This document shows, piece after piece, positions 18,290 through 27,013 of a stretch of DNA of 58,769 nucleotides (its first letter is position 1; each line of letters starts with the position of its first letter). The position numbers were made by a program, and so were the translations under genes. The stretch lies in the IMG/VR virus record IMGVR_UViG_3300027749_003369. One strand, 5' to 3'. This DNA is from an uncultured virus (IMG/VR IMGVR_UViG_3300027749_003369) (lineage: Duplodnaviria > Heunggongvirae > Uroviricota > Caudoviricetes). Under the pieces are notes generated by a model, which did no database searches, was not told the DNA's origin, and worked only from the letters and a program-made list of their open reading frames with translations.

Positions 18290-18670
18290 ATGAGATGTCT
18301 TATTATACTCTTATTATTATGTTCTAATGCTATGGCTGGTTCATCAACTGCAACTATGACGGTCACGGTTACAGTACCAGAACCAAACTCTACTCCTCTT
18401 CCAAAGAAAGAACCAAGAAATATAGACGTAAAGGATGTTAAAATTGTTGTAAACGATTCTGCTAATCAAAATTTAAAGGTTATAGAAAATACGACTATGG
18501 ACTGTTGTTATTGTACAAAGAAATACAGTAATGGTTCTTATATTGATGAAGAAAGAAATTCTTATCTATTTGATAGACAAACAGGCACCTTTGCAATTAA
18601 TCGTTTGAATAAAGATAATAGATATGCTATAAGATGTCCTACTTCTGATTGGGGTAAGCCTAAAAATTAA
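18290..18670 (+). CDS. secreted hypothetical protein with CCYC motif (paralog of 508..906)
   Basis: Signal peptide MRCLIILLLLCSNAMA; shared C-terminal domain. Confidence 0.75.
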   Translation: MRCLIILLLLCSNAMAGSSTATMTVTVTVPEPNSTPLPKKEPRNIDVKDVKIVVNDSANQNLKVIENTTMDCCYCTKKYSNGSYIDEERNSYLFDRQTGTFAINRLNKDNRYAIRCPTSDWGKPKN

Positions 18671-18674
18671 AGAC

Positions 18675-18703
18675 TTGACATTGTATTGAATTTGGTATAT
18701 AAT
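18675..18703 (+). promoter_or_regulatory. perfect sigma70 promoter
   Basis: TTGACA-17-TATAAT. Confidence 0.85.
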
Positions 18704-18717
18704 GAATAAATAAGCTT

Positions 18718-18879
18718 ATGTACAAATATCTATGGTTGTTATGTCTCATAACGGCCTGTACAACGGTTGAAAATACAAGTAACAGTATTGGACCTAATTT
18801 AAGTTCATTCAAACAACCTACGGATAATATTTTTAGTACACCATCTCCGCCTTATAAAAATCATACGAAAATAAGATAA
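18718..18879 (+). CDS. 53-aa putative lipoprotein (not in ORF track)
   Basis: MYKYLWLLCLITAC lipobox; TAATG overlap with the next gene. Confidence 0.65.
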   Translation: MYKYLWLLCLITACTTVENTSNSIGPNLSSFKQPTDNIFSTPSPPYKNHTKIR

Positions 18880-19121
18880 TGAATAAATGGTACTCTATTG
18901 TTCTGTTGCTTTGTTGTACCTCTTGTGTAGGTTTAACAAGCACTAATTTAATCAGTACTCTTTTCACACCAACAAATGTGGTCTCAACTATAACGGATTT
19001 GGGTATAGAACAAGAGACCGGAAAAAAGGTATCGGAGCATACTCTTTCAGCAGTAACGGCGAAAGACTGCAAGATCAATCTTTCGGATATGACGTTGTGT
19101 AAAGATATAACTAAATATTGA
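18879..19121 (+). CDS. putative lipoprotein
   Basis: MNKWYSIVLLLCCTSC; TGKKVSEHTLSAVTAKDC. Confidence 0.7.
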   Translation: MNKWYSIVLLLCCTSCVGLTSTNLISTLFTPTNVVSTITDLGIEQETGKKVSEHTLSAVTAKDCKINLSDMTLCKDITKY

Positions 19122-19122
19122 T

Positions 19123-19455
19123 ATGTCCGATATCATTACATTAACAGAAAAAGCAAAGGCACATTTAATTACACAGATGGCCATTCACAGAAAGAGTCAT
19201 GTTTTTTTACAAGCTAAAGGTGGTGGTTGTGCCGGGTTTAAATATGATTGGTCTTTTCCTGATACAGTTGATTTAGACAGTAAAGATACTTACATTGTTT
19301 TAGATGAGAATTATAATTTAGTAATAGATCGTTATAGTGCGTTTAAATTAATAGGTATGAATATTGATTATATTGAAAATATATCTGGTTCTACTTTAGA
19401 GATCAGTAATCCAAACGCTACATCTACATGTGGATGTGGTGAATCTTTTAGTTAA
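19123..19455 (+). CDS. iscA: A-type Fe-S cluster carrier (IscA/ErpA/HesB family)
   Basis: ITLTEKA, GGGCAGFKY, NPNATSTCGCGESF. Confidence 0.95.
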   Translation: MSDIITLTEKAKAHLITQMAIHRKSHVFLQAKGGGCAGFKYDWSFPDTVDLDSKDTYIVLDENYNLVIDRYSAFKLIGMNIDYIENISGSTLEISNPNATSTCGCGESFS

Positions 19456-19456
19456 T

Positions 19457-19648
19457 ATGTTAAGACAATATCTTTATATTATTATATTATTGTTTTGTTT
19501 AGTAGGTTGTTCTAATGTAAGAATGGCCTGTACTGTTGATAATAATTTAAAGGCGATTAAAGATAATAAAGAGACCACACCTACAATCTCTGATAAAGCA
19601 AAAGATTGTGTTAATAATCCAACTGTAATTGTATTTAAAGAGTTTTAA
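19457..19648 (+). CDS. putative lipoprotein
   Basis: MLRQYLYIIILLFCLVGC lipobox; ORF track 19430..19648. Confidence 0.65.
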   Translation: MLRQYLYIIILLFCLVGCSNVRMACTVDNNLKAIKDNKETTPTISDKAKDCVNNPTVIVFKEF

Positions 19649-20226
19649 GGATTGTTTGCTGACATAGGCACATCAAAGATAAAAGCAATACGTTCTGCTG
19701 GCCCTATATTTTCAGCCATGTGATTCTTCTTATTATCAAACCAAAAGAATACTCCTGGTTCTACTGTAATAATTTCTTTAGTGGTATCGTCATCGCCATC
19801 GTCCCAAACTGTATAACGATATAGGCCTTTAATTGATAAATGATAACGATCTTTAGTTGAATAATAATTACCTTGATCAATATGTTTACCTGTAATTTTA
19901 CCTGCAGGTGTATTTAAAAAAGCACAACGGCCTACTTTTAATGATTTAGATGCTAACCATTGTTGAATTGCAATATGTCTTTTAGTTGCATCTGTTGGTA
20001 CACAAATTTCTGTATCACCAATAAATTCTTCTGGTTTAGAAATACCACCCATAACTAATTGAAGTACATCTGCTGTTACAAGTTTACTATGAGGGTCTTG
20101 ACGATCAACACCTTTTAAGCGACTAGCATTACCCCAATCTTCTGGGTATTGTTCTAACTGTTCACGTATTTTAGATACGTCTATATTTTTTTCAATAATA
20201 CGAATATTCTTCATGTATAGTTCCAT
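19645..20226 (-). CDS. Asp/Asn beta-hydroxylase-like 2OG-Fe(II) oxygenase
   Basis: HID, RYHL, FWFDNKKNH.AEN...RIAFIFD. Confidence 0.85.
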   Translation of the reverse strand: MELYMKNIRIIEKNIDVSKIREQLEQYPEDWGNASRLKGVDRQDPHSKLVTADVLQLVMGGISKPEEFIGDTEICVPTDATKRHIAIQQWLASKSLKVGRCAFLNTPAGKITGKHIDQGNYYSTKDRYHLSIKGLYRYTVWDDGDDDTTKEIITVEPGVFFWFDNKKNHMAENIGPAERIAFIFDVPMSANNP

Positions 20227-20249
20227 AATATACTTATTTGTTCATATTG

Positions 20250-20786
20250 TCAAGCTGTTTTATCTAATGATGGTACGTTATAATCAAATGTCATTACACG
20301 TCTATTTACATTATCAGTATTAATATTACCTTTATGCTTAAACGCATCACTTACATTTAACATGAACAAATCACCTTTCTTAGGAAATAGATTAAATTCT
20401 TCTGTTGCAGTTTTAATATCAAAACCGTTATTATGTTCTTTAGTATCATCTAGGTATAAATTAAAAACTAAAGATATATTTAAAAATGCCCAAGTATCTC
20501 TATCATCATGCCATTTGCGAGCTTTAACATGACAACCATTTACGGCCAATTTACGTAGATTTGTATAATTAGAACCAAAAAAACTTACATATCGTTGTTC
20601 TATCAATAAACGAAATTCGTCTATTATAGGAAGTATTCTTACATCATTATTATAAACATAATCATCTGGTTGATTGTCAGCCTTAATGAAGTTATAATTA
20701 TCGTAATTATATTTAAATGCTTCTGTAAATGGCAGTATAATATAACCATTAATATAAAAATTATTTAAATCTTTAGTTGTCAACAT
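20250..20786 (-). CDS. 2OG-Fe(II) oxygenase
   Basis: WHDD...LYLDD...FKHKG...RRVMTFD (HxD..H..R). Confidence 0.75.
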   Translation of the reverse strand: MLTTKDLNNFYINGYIILPFTEAFKYNYDNYNFIKADNQPDDYVYNNDVRILPIIDEFRLLIEQRYVSFFGSNYTNLRKLAVNGCHVKARKWHDDRDTWAFLNISLVFNLYLDDTKEHNNGFDIKTATEEFNLFPKKGDLFMLNVSDAFKHKGNINTDNVNRRVMTFDYNVPSLDKTA

Positions 20787-20793
20787 ATACTAT

Positions 20794-20805
20794 TATTTAT
20801 AAATA
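20794..20805. promoter_or_regulatory. palindromic bidirectional late promoter
   Basis: TATTTATAAATA gives TATAAATA on both strands between divergent genes. Confidence 0.75.
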
Positions 20806-20832
20806 CTATTACCAATTAACCAAGGAGTTATA

Positions 20833-21006
20833 ATGGGCAGAAAAAAAACAAAGACTCCTGAAGATATAATTGAAGCTATAAAAGAAAAACAATCTGAAAT
20901 TGACGATTTATTGTGGGACTTAGAGGACACTATAAGTGTTTCTTCTGATTCAGATATTTCCGACTTTGATGAGGACGAGGAAATAGATGAGACAGACGAA
21001 GAATAA
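20833..21006 (+). CDS. 57-aa highly acidic protein (not in ORF track)
   Basis: AAGGAG RBS; MGRKKTKTPEDIIEAIKEKQSEIDDLLWDLEDTISVSSDSDISDFDEDEEIDETDEE*. Confidence 0.78.
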   Translation: MGRKKTKTPEDIIEAIKEKQSEIDDLLWDLEDTISVSSDSDISDFDEDEEIDETDEE

Positions 21007-21020
21007 TAATCTATATTTCA

Positions 21021-21046
21021 GGTGCCTAGGTAACTAGGCACCCTTT
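21021..21046 (+). terminator. intrinsic terminator
   Basis: GGTGCCTAG-GTAA-CTAGGCACC followed by CTTT. Confidence 0.7.
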
Positions 21047-21064
21047 GACACAACAAAGGGTTAA

Positions 21065-21223
21065 ATGTTTAACAAATACGCAGGCCTAATCATACTTGGC
21101 GTTATATTTTCATTTCTAGCGTGGTTGTATATTTCAATCTATTGTCAATCTAAACGTTATAATAAAAAAATGAAAAGATTAAAACTACTATCAAAAAGAA
21201 TAAGGAGAGGTCGTGTTAGGTAA
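21065..21223 (+). CDS. small TM protein with basic tail (not in ORF track)
   Basis: MFNKYAGLIILGVIFSFLAWLYISIYC...RRGRVR*. Confidence 0.5.
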   Translation: MFNKYAGLIILGVIFSFLAWLYISIYCQSKRYNKKMKRLKLLSKRIRRGRVR

Positions 21224-21464
21224 TTTATTTAAAAAAAGAAAACCAAGTTTAAAAAAATTAAAGAAAAAAGCACCAAAGATACCAGACTTTACTTGTCCTG
21301 ATATAGATCATATTATCGAATACGTGGAAAAAACTGATAAATTAAATCGTATTCAATTATCATACTTTAAAAGACGTATGGAAAAATTAAGAACATCTAA
21401 TGACAAATTGCGAGATAGTGGTGTCTATTGGTATGATGTTGTAAAAGATTTACTAAACAAATAG
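21213..21464 (+). CDS. hypothetical basic protein
   Basis: GTG start after AGGAGAGG; KAPKIPDFTCPDID. Confidence 0.65.
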   Translation: MLGNLFKKRKPSLKKLKKKAPKIPDFTCPDIDHIIEYVEKTDKLNRIQLSYFKRRMEKLRTSNDKLRDSGVYWYDVVKDLLNK

Positions 21465-21688
21465 ATGGAAATATTAGATATTATTATTATTATTTGGTAT
21501 GGTCTTATGATAGGTTATTTATTTTTAAATAAAGATAAATAGTATTATGTACACACACAGACAGAACGAGCCTCAGTATAATGCAGGCAATTTCCAAGAA
21601 TATGATTACGAATTAGAATGGATTGAATGTTCTTGGAATATCACATATAAACAAATTGAATTAGTAACTGCTTTTTTTTATCCTTGGA

Positions 21689-23428
21689 TTAGAAATTCTG
21701 TCTAAATCCTATTAGAAAATTTCTACCCAATTGAGAATAACCATCGGGTCTTTGATAAGTTTTATCGGTAATATTATTTAATTTACCATAAAGAATTGTA
21801 TTACCTAAAGTGTAATCAGCACTTAAATCAAATGTACTTACAGCAGGCATAATTTTATTATTATAAGTTACGCTATCAACATCTATATGAGAACCATAAT
21901 AATTCCAATTTGCTTTTAAAGATGTATTTTGAATTTTATTATATGATGCTTCTAAATTGTTTACCCATTTAGGACGTCTTGTTAATTCATTACCTGAACT
22001 ATCTTCAGCAATTAAAAATGTATTTGAGTTTTTAAAATCTATAACAGATATATTATAATTTAATTTTGTTTCAATACCTTTTCTTGTACTTATTCCAGTA
22101 TCATTTACATAGGTGTTGTTTTTATAAACAAATAAATGTTTTATATCACTTTGAAATAGTGCAATGTCTATAATTTTGTTTTTGTAACCTACTTCGTATG
22201 TATTACTTTCTTCTGGTATCAATTTTGAATTACCTAAAAATCCATAATTGTCTTTACCGTACATTTCATACAACGTAGGCATTTTATAACCTGTTGATAC
22301 ACTTGTTCTAAATCCATTATAGTATGCACCAACTCTTTCAGTTAATTGATTATCAAAATTACTAGGCATATCATAACGGCCCCCTGCTGTTACAAAAAAA
22401 TCATCAGATAAAAATTTGATTGCATTAGTATAATAGGCATGATTTTCTCTTTTTTTATCTACTGAAGAAACATAATCATCTATGTTAGTATCAAATTTAC
22501 CATGAGTGAATGTATGTTCTGAACCTACACTAATATCAGCAAACGTATGAATAGTTGTTTTGGTTAATAATGTTTTGTTATTACTATCGTAAGTATCTTT
22601 AACACCATTTTTATTATAATCTCTATTATGATCGGTATTATTAATCGTTAATTCATTATCTTTATTTTGTAATGATAGATATTGATTTGAAAATTTATAT
22701 AAACCTGTATAGTTACGAGTATCTTCTCCTAAGCCATCTAAATTAGTATGATTAGTTTGATTAATAAAATTTGATTTTAAATTGTAACCGCTATCTAATA
22801 GTGATTGAGTTTGAAATGTATAGTTTCTAAAATGATATGGATCTTTTTCAGAACCATTAGGATAAACACTTATATTTTTACTACTTTCATTTTCACCTTG
22901 AAAATCTATTATAGTTTTGCCTATTGTTTGTCCTAATTTAATTTTTTCATTCCATGTATTGTTAGAACCGTAAGATAGATCAATCCAATTTTTATCATTT
23001 GGTTGTGTTACCATATTAACAACTCCACCAATTGCATCTGGTCCGTAGATACTACTCATTGGACCTTTTATAATTTCTAATGATGAAACTCCAGAAAAAC
23101 TATGTTGAGTTAGATCATCGCTGCCCGTAGGTGTACTAGCATCTTTAATAGGAATACCGTTTAAAGTAAATAATGTATGATTAGAATTTGTACCACGAGT
23201 AAAGGTACTACTAAATTGTTGTTTAGGTCCGCTTTGAATTATATTTAAACTTGATGATGATTTTATATCATTTGGTTCTATAACGTCATAAGAATATGTT
23301 AATGGAAGATGTTCCTCCGCCGTTCTAAATGCTTGTATTGTAATTTGTGGAATATTTTCGTAAGTGTATTGTGAATACGAAGTATTAGTTACTAATATGA
23401 ATAATAGTAATTTAATGAATAAGCGCAT
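21689..23428 (-). CDS. TonB-dependent outer-membrane receptor, BtuB-like
   Basis: Signal peptide; TonB-box-like ITIQAFRT; plug SSTFTRGTNSNHTL, LEIIKGPMSSIYGPDAIGGVVN; GYKMPTLYEMYG, LIPEES, LTRRP; terminal Phe. Confidence 0.9.
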   Translation of the reverse strand: MRLFIKLLLFILVTNTSYSQYTYENIPQITIQAFRTAEEHLPLTYSYDVIEPNDIKSSSSLNIIQSGPKQQFSSTFTRGTNSNHTLFTLNGIPIKDASTPTGSDDLTQHSFSGVSSLEIIKGPMSSIYGPDAIGGVVNMVTQPNDKNWIDLSYGSNNTWNEKIKLGQTIGKTIIDFQGENESSKNISVYPNGSEKDPYHFRNYTFQTQSLLDSGYNLKSNFINQTNHTNLDGLGEDTRNYTGLYKFSNQYLSLQNKDNELTINNTDHNRDYNKNGVKDTYDSNNKTLLTKTTIHTFADISVGSEHTFTHGKFDTNIDDYVSSVDKKRENHAYYTNAIKFLSDDFFVTAGGRYDMPSNFDNQLTERVGAYYNGFRTSVSTGYKMPTLYEMYGKDNYGFLGNSKLIPEESNTYEVGYKNKIIDIALFQSDIKHLFVYKNNTYVNDTGISTRKGIETKLNYNISVIDFKNSNTFLIAEDSSGNELTRRPKWVNNLEASYNKIQNTSLKANWNYYGSHIDVDSVTYNNKIMPAVSTFDLSADYTLGNTILYGKLNNITDKTYQRPDGYSQLGRNFLIGFRQNF

Positions 23429-23522
23429 AGGCCAAACACCATAACTCTAGGCCTAATTTGTATAATAAAAATGCAATTACAGGCGCTAATAATAAACTCA
23501 AATAAAGATATTTTTCTTCCAT
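23412..23522 (-). CDS. 36-aa hydrophobic peptide overlapping the receptor start
   Basis: MEEKYLYLSLLLAPVIAFLLYKLGLELWCLAYALIH*, 10 nt after a -10 box. Confidence 0.5.
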   Translation of the reverse strand: MEEKYLYLSLLLAPVIAFLLYKLGLELWCLAYALIH

Positions 23523-23532
23523 ATCTTTATTT

Positions 23533-23561
23533 ATTCTATCAGGAATTGTTTAAATTGTCAA
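23533..23561 (-). promoter_or_regulatory. sigma70-type promoter for the receptor operon
   Basis: Minus strand TTGACA-17-TAGAAT with TG. Confidence 0.8.
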
Positions 23562-23685
23562 CCTCTTTACACCAATCTTTTATGTCCTCTTTTAATATTA
23601 CGTTAGAAAAACCTTTATACTTGACAAGGTAACATTTACCAAATACACCAACATAGTTGATGTCAATAATTTCTGGTTTATCCAT
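23539..23685 (-). CDS. 48-aa hypothetical protein (not in ORF track)
   Basis: MDKPEIIDINYVGVFGKCYLVKYKGFSNVILKEDIKDWCKEVDNLNNS*; overlaps the upstream stop. Confidence 0.5.
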   Translation of the reverse strand: MDKPEIIDINYVGVFGKCYLVKYKGFSNVILKEDIKDWCKEVDNLNNS

Positions 23686-23902
23686 AGATATGATATAACA
23701 ATGCAACAGAACTTACAATCACTAATGCTCCGTTTGTAATAATTAATGCTGATTCTTTCCACATAAAACTTACTATTAACCAAATAGCACTTCCTGTAAT
23801 AAGAACAATAGGTCCTGCTGGGTAATAACCTAAAGAATTTACAACACTACCTATGATCAATATTACAGTAGCAATCCATTTTAGTATTATATCCGATTTC
23901 AT
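23678..23902 (-). CDS. small three-TM membrane protein
   Basis: LKWIATVILIIG...WKESALIITNG. Confidence 0.7.
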   Translation of the reverse strand: MKSDIILKWIATVILIIGSVVNSLGYYPAGPIVLITGSAIWLIVSFMWKESALIITNGALVIVSSVALLYHIYG

Positions 23903-24027
23903 ATTTTAAATTGTTCGTAGATTCCTAACCATTTGGAGAAATAATAGAAACCATATATTGAACCATAAGCAGCTGCAATAAAAATACCAGCGTAAACTAG
24001 AGCTTTTATATCATCTTTTGTAAACAT
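23899..24027 (-). CDS. 42-aa membrane peptide (not in ORF track)
   Basis: AAAGGAG RBS; ATGA overlap with the next gene. Confidence 0.6.
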   Translation of the reverse strand: MFTKDDIKALVYAGIFIAAAYGSIYGFYYFSKWLGIYEQFKI

Positions 24028-24290
24028 TTAGTTAACTCCTTTCACATACATTAAGTGTTCAATACCATTTTCTTTTTTAATCAATTGAATATAGTTTTTT
24101 CCGTCTTTTGACTTCAAAAACTTCTTGGTATCTGCTTTTACCATTTTTATTAGTTGTTTTATTTTCATATAGGTATAATATACACTGTATTTTTACTTAA
24201 AACAAGCGAAAAAGGCATTTTTTTAAAGAAATAAGGCAACAAAATCAGTAACTTAAATCAATGTTGTAAAAATACAACAACAAAAATCGG

Positions 24291-24298
24291 TATAAATA
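24291..24298 (+). promoter_or_regulatory. T4-type late promoter at the start of the baseplate operon
   Basis: TATAAATA. Confidence 0.78.
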
Positions 24299-24388
24299 GT
24301 AAATATATGATTGATTTTGACAAAATTGATGATTTATCGTTTATGATTGATGATATTGATTCGAAAAAACTAAAAAAGGCAAAAAATT

Positions 24389-24538
24389 ATGGCAAGAAAA
24401 GTAGCAGGAAACACAAACGCATCAAAAAAAGTAAGTAAACCAAAAAGAACAAGCATTGGCCGTGGATTCCACAGTAAATGTATGATGAACAAACATAAAA
24501 GAAGAAGTTTTAAGAAGTATAGAGGCCAAGGAAGATAA
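24389..24538 (+). CDS. 49-aa basic peptide ending KKYRGQGR (not in ORF track)
   Basis: The YRGQGR ending is familiar from marine T4-like phages near PAAR/gp25. Confidence 0.72.
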   Translation: MARKVAGNTNASKKVSKPKRTSIGRGFHSKCMMNKHKRRSFKKYRGQGR

Positions 24539-24545
24539 AAAACAA

Positions 24546-24836
24546 ATGCCGGGAATTGTTAGAGTAGAATTAGACAAACATATCGGGCATGCTAAGGCAA
24601 AAGTTCCATATCATCAGACTCCTTACAAAATAGGATCAGAAAATGTATTTGTAAATGGAAAATCTGCTGTTAGAATTGGTGATTTATGTGCTTGTAAAGA
24701 TCCTGCGTCAGAAGGAAGTGAAACTGTGTTTATAAATGGCATAGGTGTTCATAGAGAAGGCGATGCAACTGCTGGTCACGAAGGATATGCACCAACTAAA
24801 GCATCTACAGGTTCAACAAACGTATTTGCAGGATAA
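24546..24836 (+). CDS. PAAR spike-tip protein (gp5.4-like)
   Basis: GSENVFVNGKSAVRIGD, GSETVFING..HREGD, GSTNVFAG; His/Cys ligands. Confidence 0.92.
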   Translation: MPGIVRVELDKHIGHAKAKVPYHQTPYKIGSENVFVNGKSAVRIGDLCACKDPASEGSETVFINGIGVHREGDATAGHEGYAPTKASTGSTNVFAG

Positions 24837-24837
24837 T

Positions 24838-25014
24838 ATGGCACAATTAGATACATCAGGTTATACTTTTACATCTCAACCAACAAAAGCAGAAACTGAA
24901 CGTTTTGAATATGCTGCTTTTGGTTATTTTGATCAAAATCCAGGCATAGTTGGTAACGCTTTTAAAAGTTATATTGGCATTTACTATAATGATAATGGAG
25001 ATAATACGGAATGA
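24838..25014 (+). CDS. small hypothetical virion protein
   Basis: MAQLDTSGY...; ATG 1 nt after the PAAR stop. Confidence 0.6.
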   Translation: MAQLDTSGYTFTSQPTKAETERFEYAAFGYFDQNPGIVGNAFKSYIGIYYNDNGDNTE

Positions 25015-25577
25015 CAATAGTCAAAAGAAATATAAAAGGTACAGCTTTAACTTATGATGAAATGGATGAAAATATCCGTGATTTATATCAAGACACAACA
25101 ATTGATAGAGTTTTAGGAAATGGTAATACAACTACAAAAAATTTAAATGTAAATACATTAAATGCTAATTTGATAACGATTAATAATCAATCAGCATTTA
25201 GTTCTCCTCCTGTAATTGGAGATATTACACCAAATACAATTGTAGGAACTACTATAACTGATAATAAAGGAGAAGTTAGATTAATACCAATAAATGTTCA
25301 AGCATCAACATATACATTACAATTATCAGATCATGGTAAATTTATATCTACTGCATCAGGAGTTACTATTCCTGCTAATATTTTTTCAATAGGACATAAT
25401 ATAACTATTTACAATAGTTCGACTTCAGATATAACTATAACACAAGGTTCGGGAGTAACAATGTATCAAATTGGTACAAACACTACAGGAAATAGAACAT
25501 TAGCTCAAAAAGGTTTGGCCACTATTCTTTGTGTTGCAACAAACACTTTTGTTATAGCGGGCGGAGGGTTATCTTAA
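25011..25577 (+). CDS. tail fibre/virion structural protein
   Basis: KGTALTYDEMDEN N-terminus; C-terminal RTLAQKGLATILCV...FVIAGGGLS fibre-type domain. Confidence 0.65.
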   Translation: MTIVKRNIKGTALTYDEMDENIRDLYQDTTIDRVLGNGNTTTKNLNVNTLNANLITINNQSAFSSPPVIGDITPNTIVGTTITDNKGEVRLIPINVQASTYTLQLSDHGKFISTASGVTIPANIFSIGHNITIYNSSTSDITITQGSGVTMYQIGTNTTGNRTLAQKGLATILCVATNTFVIAGGGLS

Positions 25578-25583
25578 TGAATT

Positions 25584-26990
25584 ATGAGTATCTATAATTT
25601 ATTACCTTCTGTTACATCATCAAATTCTTTTTTAAAAGTAATAGATCAATATATAAATTTAAATGATTATGAAAATCTTCCATTTGATAAGGAAGTTTTT
25701 TATCAAGGATACACATTAATACCATATCCTCATTTAGGAGTTGTCAGTTATGACGGATCAGTTACATATGATGTGGGTTATGGAACACTTAAAGGAAATT
25801 ATACTATATATAATATATCTCCTTATATTGAATTATATGACGATAAAGGCAATTTAATACTTTCTAAAAAATTTCCTGTAATTGTTGATACAACATTAGG
25901 TGTTACTTCAAATTTTTATCCTTTTTTTCAAATATATGATAATTTTATATTGGCTATATATTATTGTTTGATACCAAACTCTGGATCTCCAACATATAGA
26001 TCACGTTATATAAAAGCTTTTGATTTTTCAGGAAATTTATTATACACTTTAGAACCAGACAATCCTGATACTAGGTCTTTAACGTATGGTAGAAGAATTG
26101 TTACTCCAAATAAAGAAAATTTTGGATTTACAGGAGGAATAGGTAATAATAAAATAATATTATATAGAAATGATCCAGAACTTGAAACACCTTCATTGTA
26201 TTTTTATAATATAAATGGCAGTTTAATAAAAAAAGTAACTATATCTTCTTTTGATGGACCTTTATTTTTATGGACAGGATATCCATCTCAAACTTGGAAT
26301 AATAATATAATTATAAAAAATAATTGTATTTTGATGAGTGAATCAAGCTCGACATATGGAAGACAAAATAATAATGGAAGTTATGGAAAAGTTTTTGTAT
26401 TTGATGAAAATTTAAATTATAGATTTACTATAACAAATCCAGTTTCTGCTCCTGATTTTCCAATCTTTAGTGAAACTATTTATTGTAATAATAATTATAT
26501 ATATATTAGTTTTCGTAATTACAATACTACCGTAGGTGGCTTTTTTATATATGATTTAAATGGAAATTTAATAAATACATTTTATCTTCCACTCGCAGGA
26601 ACATTTAGTTATAATTCAAGTACTTACGACATTCACTTTGATTCTTTTTTATTCACAGACAATTATTTGATAGCATCTGCATCATCCCTAATTGCATCAT
26701 CCATAATTGATGTTAAGGATCTCTTATTTGATACAATAAAAATTTATGATTTAACGGGAAATTTTATAAAAAATGTAAATATTAAGTTAAAAAATAATAT
26801 TGTTCGTCCGGACCCTAATCAAATATATGTTAGCAATTCTGAGATTACAGGTAGTTTGTATTCAAATTATCAACAGTTTCAAACTATAGATAGTAATATT
26901 GTTGGTGGAGTAAAACTTTTAGGATTTCGTAATAATAAGCTTTATTTAAAATCTGGTAATTTAAGATGCTTTATTATTAAATCTATATAA
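25584..26990 (+). CDS. beta-propeller-like protein, putative receptor-binding
   Basis: Six repeats: YDDKGNL, FDFSGNL, YNINGSL, FDENLNY, YDLNGNL, YDLTGNF. Confidence 0.55.
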   Translation: MSIYNLLPSVTSSNSFLKVIDQYINLNDYENLPFDKEVFYQGYTLIPYPHLGVVSYDGSVTYDVGYGTLKGNYTIYNISPYIELYDDKGNLILSKKFPVIVDTTLGVTSNFYPFFQIYDNFILAIYYCLIPNSGSPTYRSRYIKAFDFSGNLLYTLEPDNPDTRSLTYGRRIVTPNKENFGFTGGIGNNKIILYRNDPELETPSLYFYNINGSLIKKVTISSFDGPLFLWTGYPSQTWNNNIIIKNNCILMSESSSTYGRQNNNGSYGKVFVFDENLNYRFTITNPVSAPDFPIFSETIYCNNNYIYISFRNYNTTVGGFFIYDLNGNLINTFYLPLAGTFSYNSSTYDIHFDSFLFTDNYLIASASSLIASSIIDVKDLLFDTIKIYDLTGNFIKNVNIKLKNNIVRPDPNQIYVSNSEITGSLYSNYQQFQTIDSNIVGGVKLLGFRNNKLYLKSGNLRCFIIKSI

Positions 26991-26996
26991 AACCAT

Positions 26997-27004
26997 TATA
27001 AATA
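26997..27004 (+). promoter_or_regulatory. T4-type late promoter
   Basis: TATAAATA 9 nt before the gp25 ATG. Confidence 0.8.
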
Positions 27005-27013
27005 TTAACACTT

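Noticed and set aside
21041..21060. TTGACA at 21045 as a promoter
   Set aside because: No acceptable -10 at 17 bp; it lies in a CCCTTTG/CAAAGGG hairpin next to the terminator
23429..23680. Cobalamin riboswitch upstream of the BtuB-like gene
   Set aside because: No B12-box or GC-rich stems visible; the space is filled by a promoter and small ORFs
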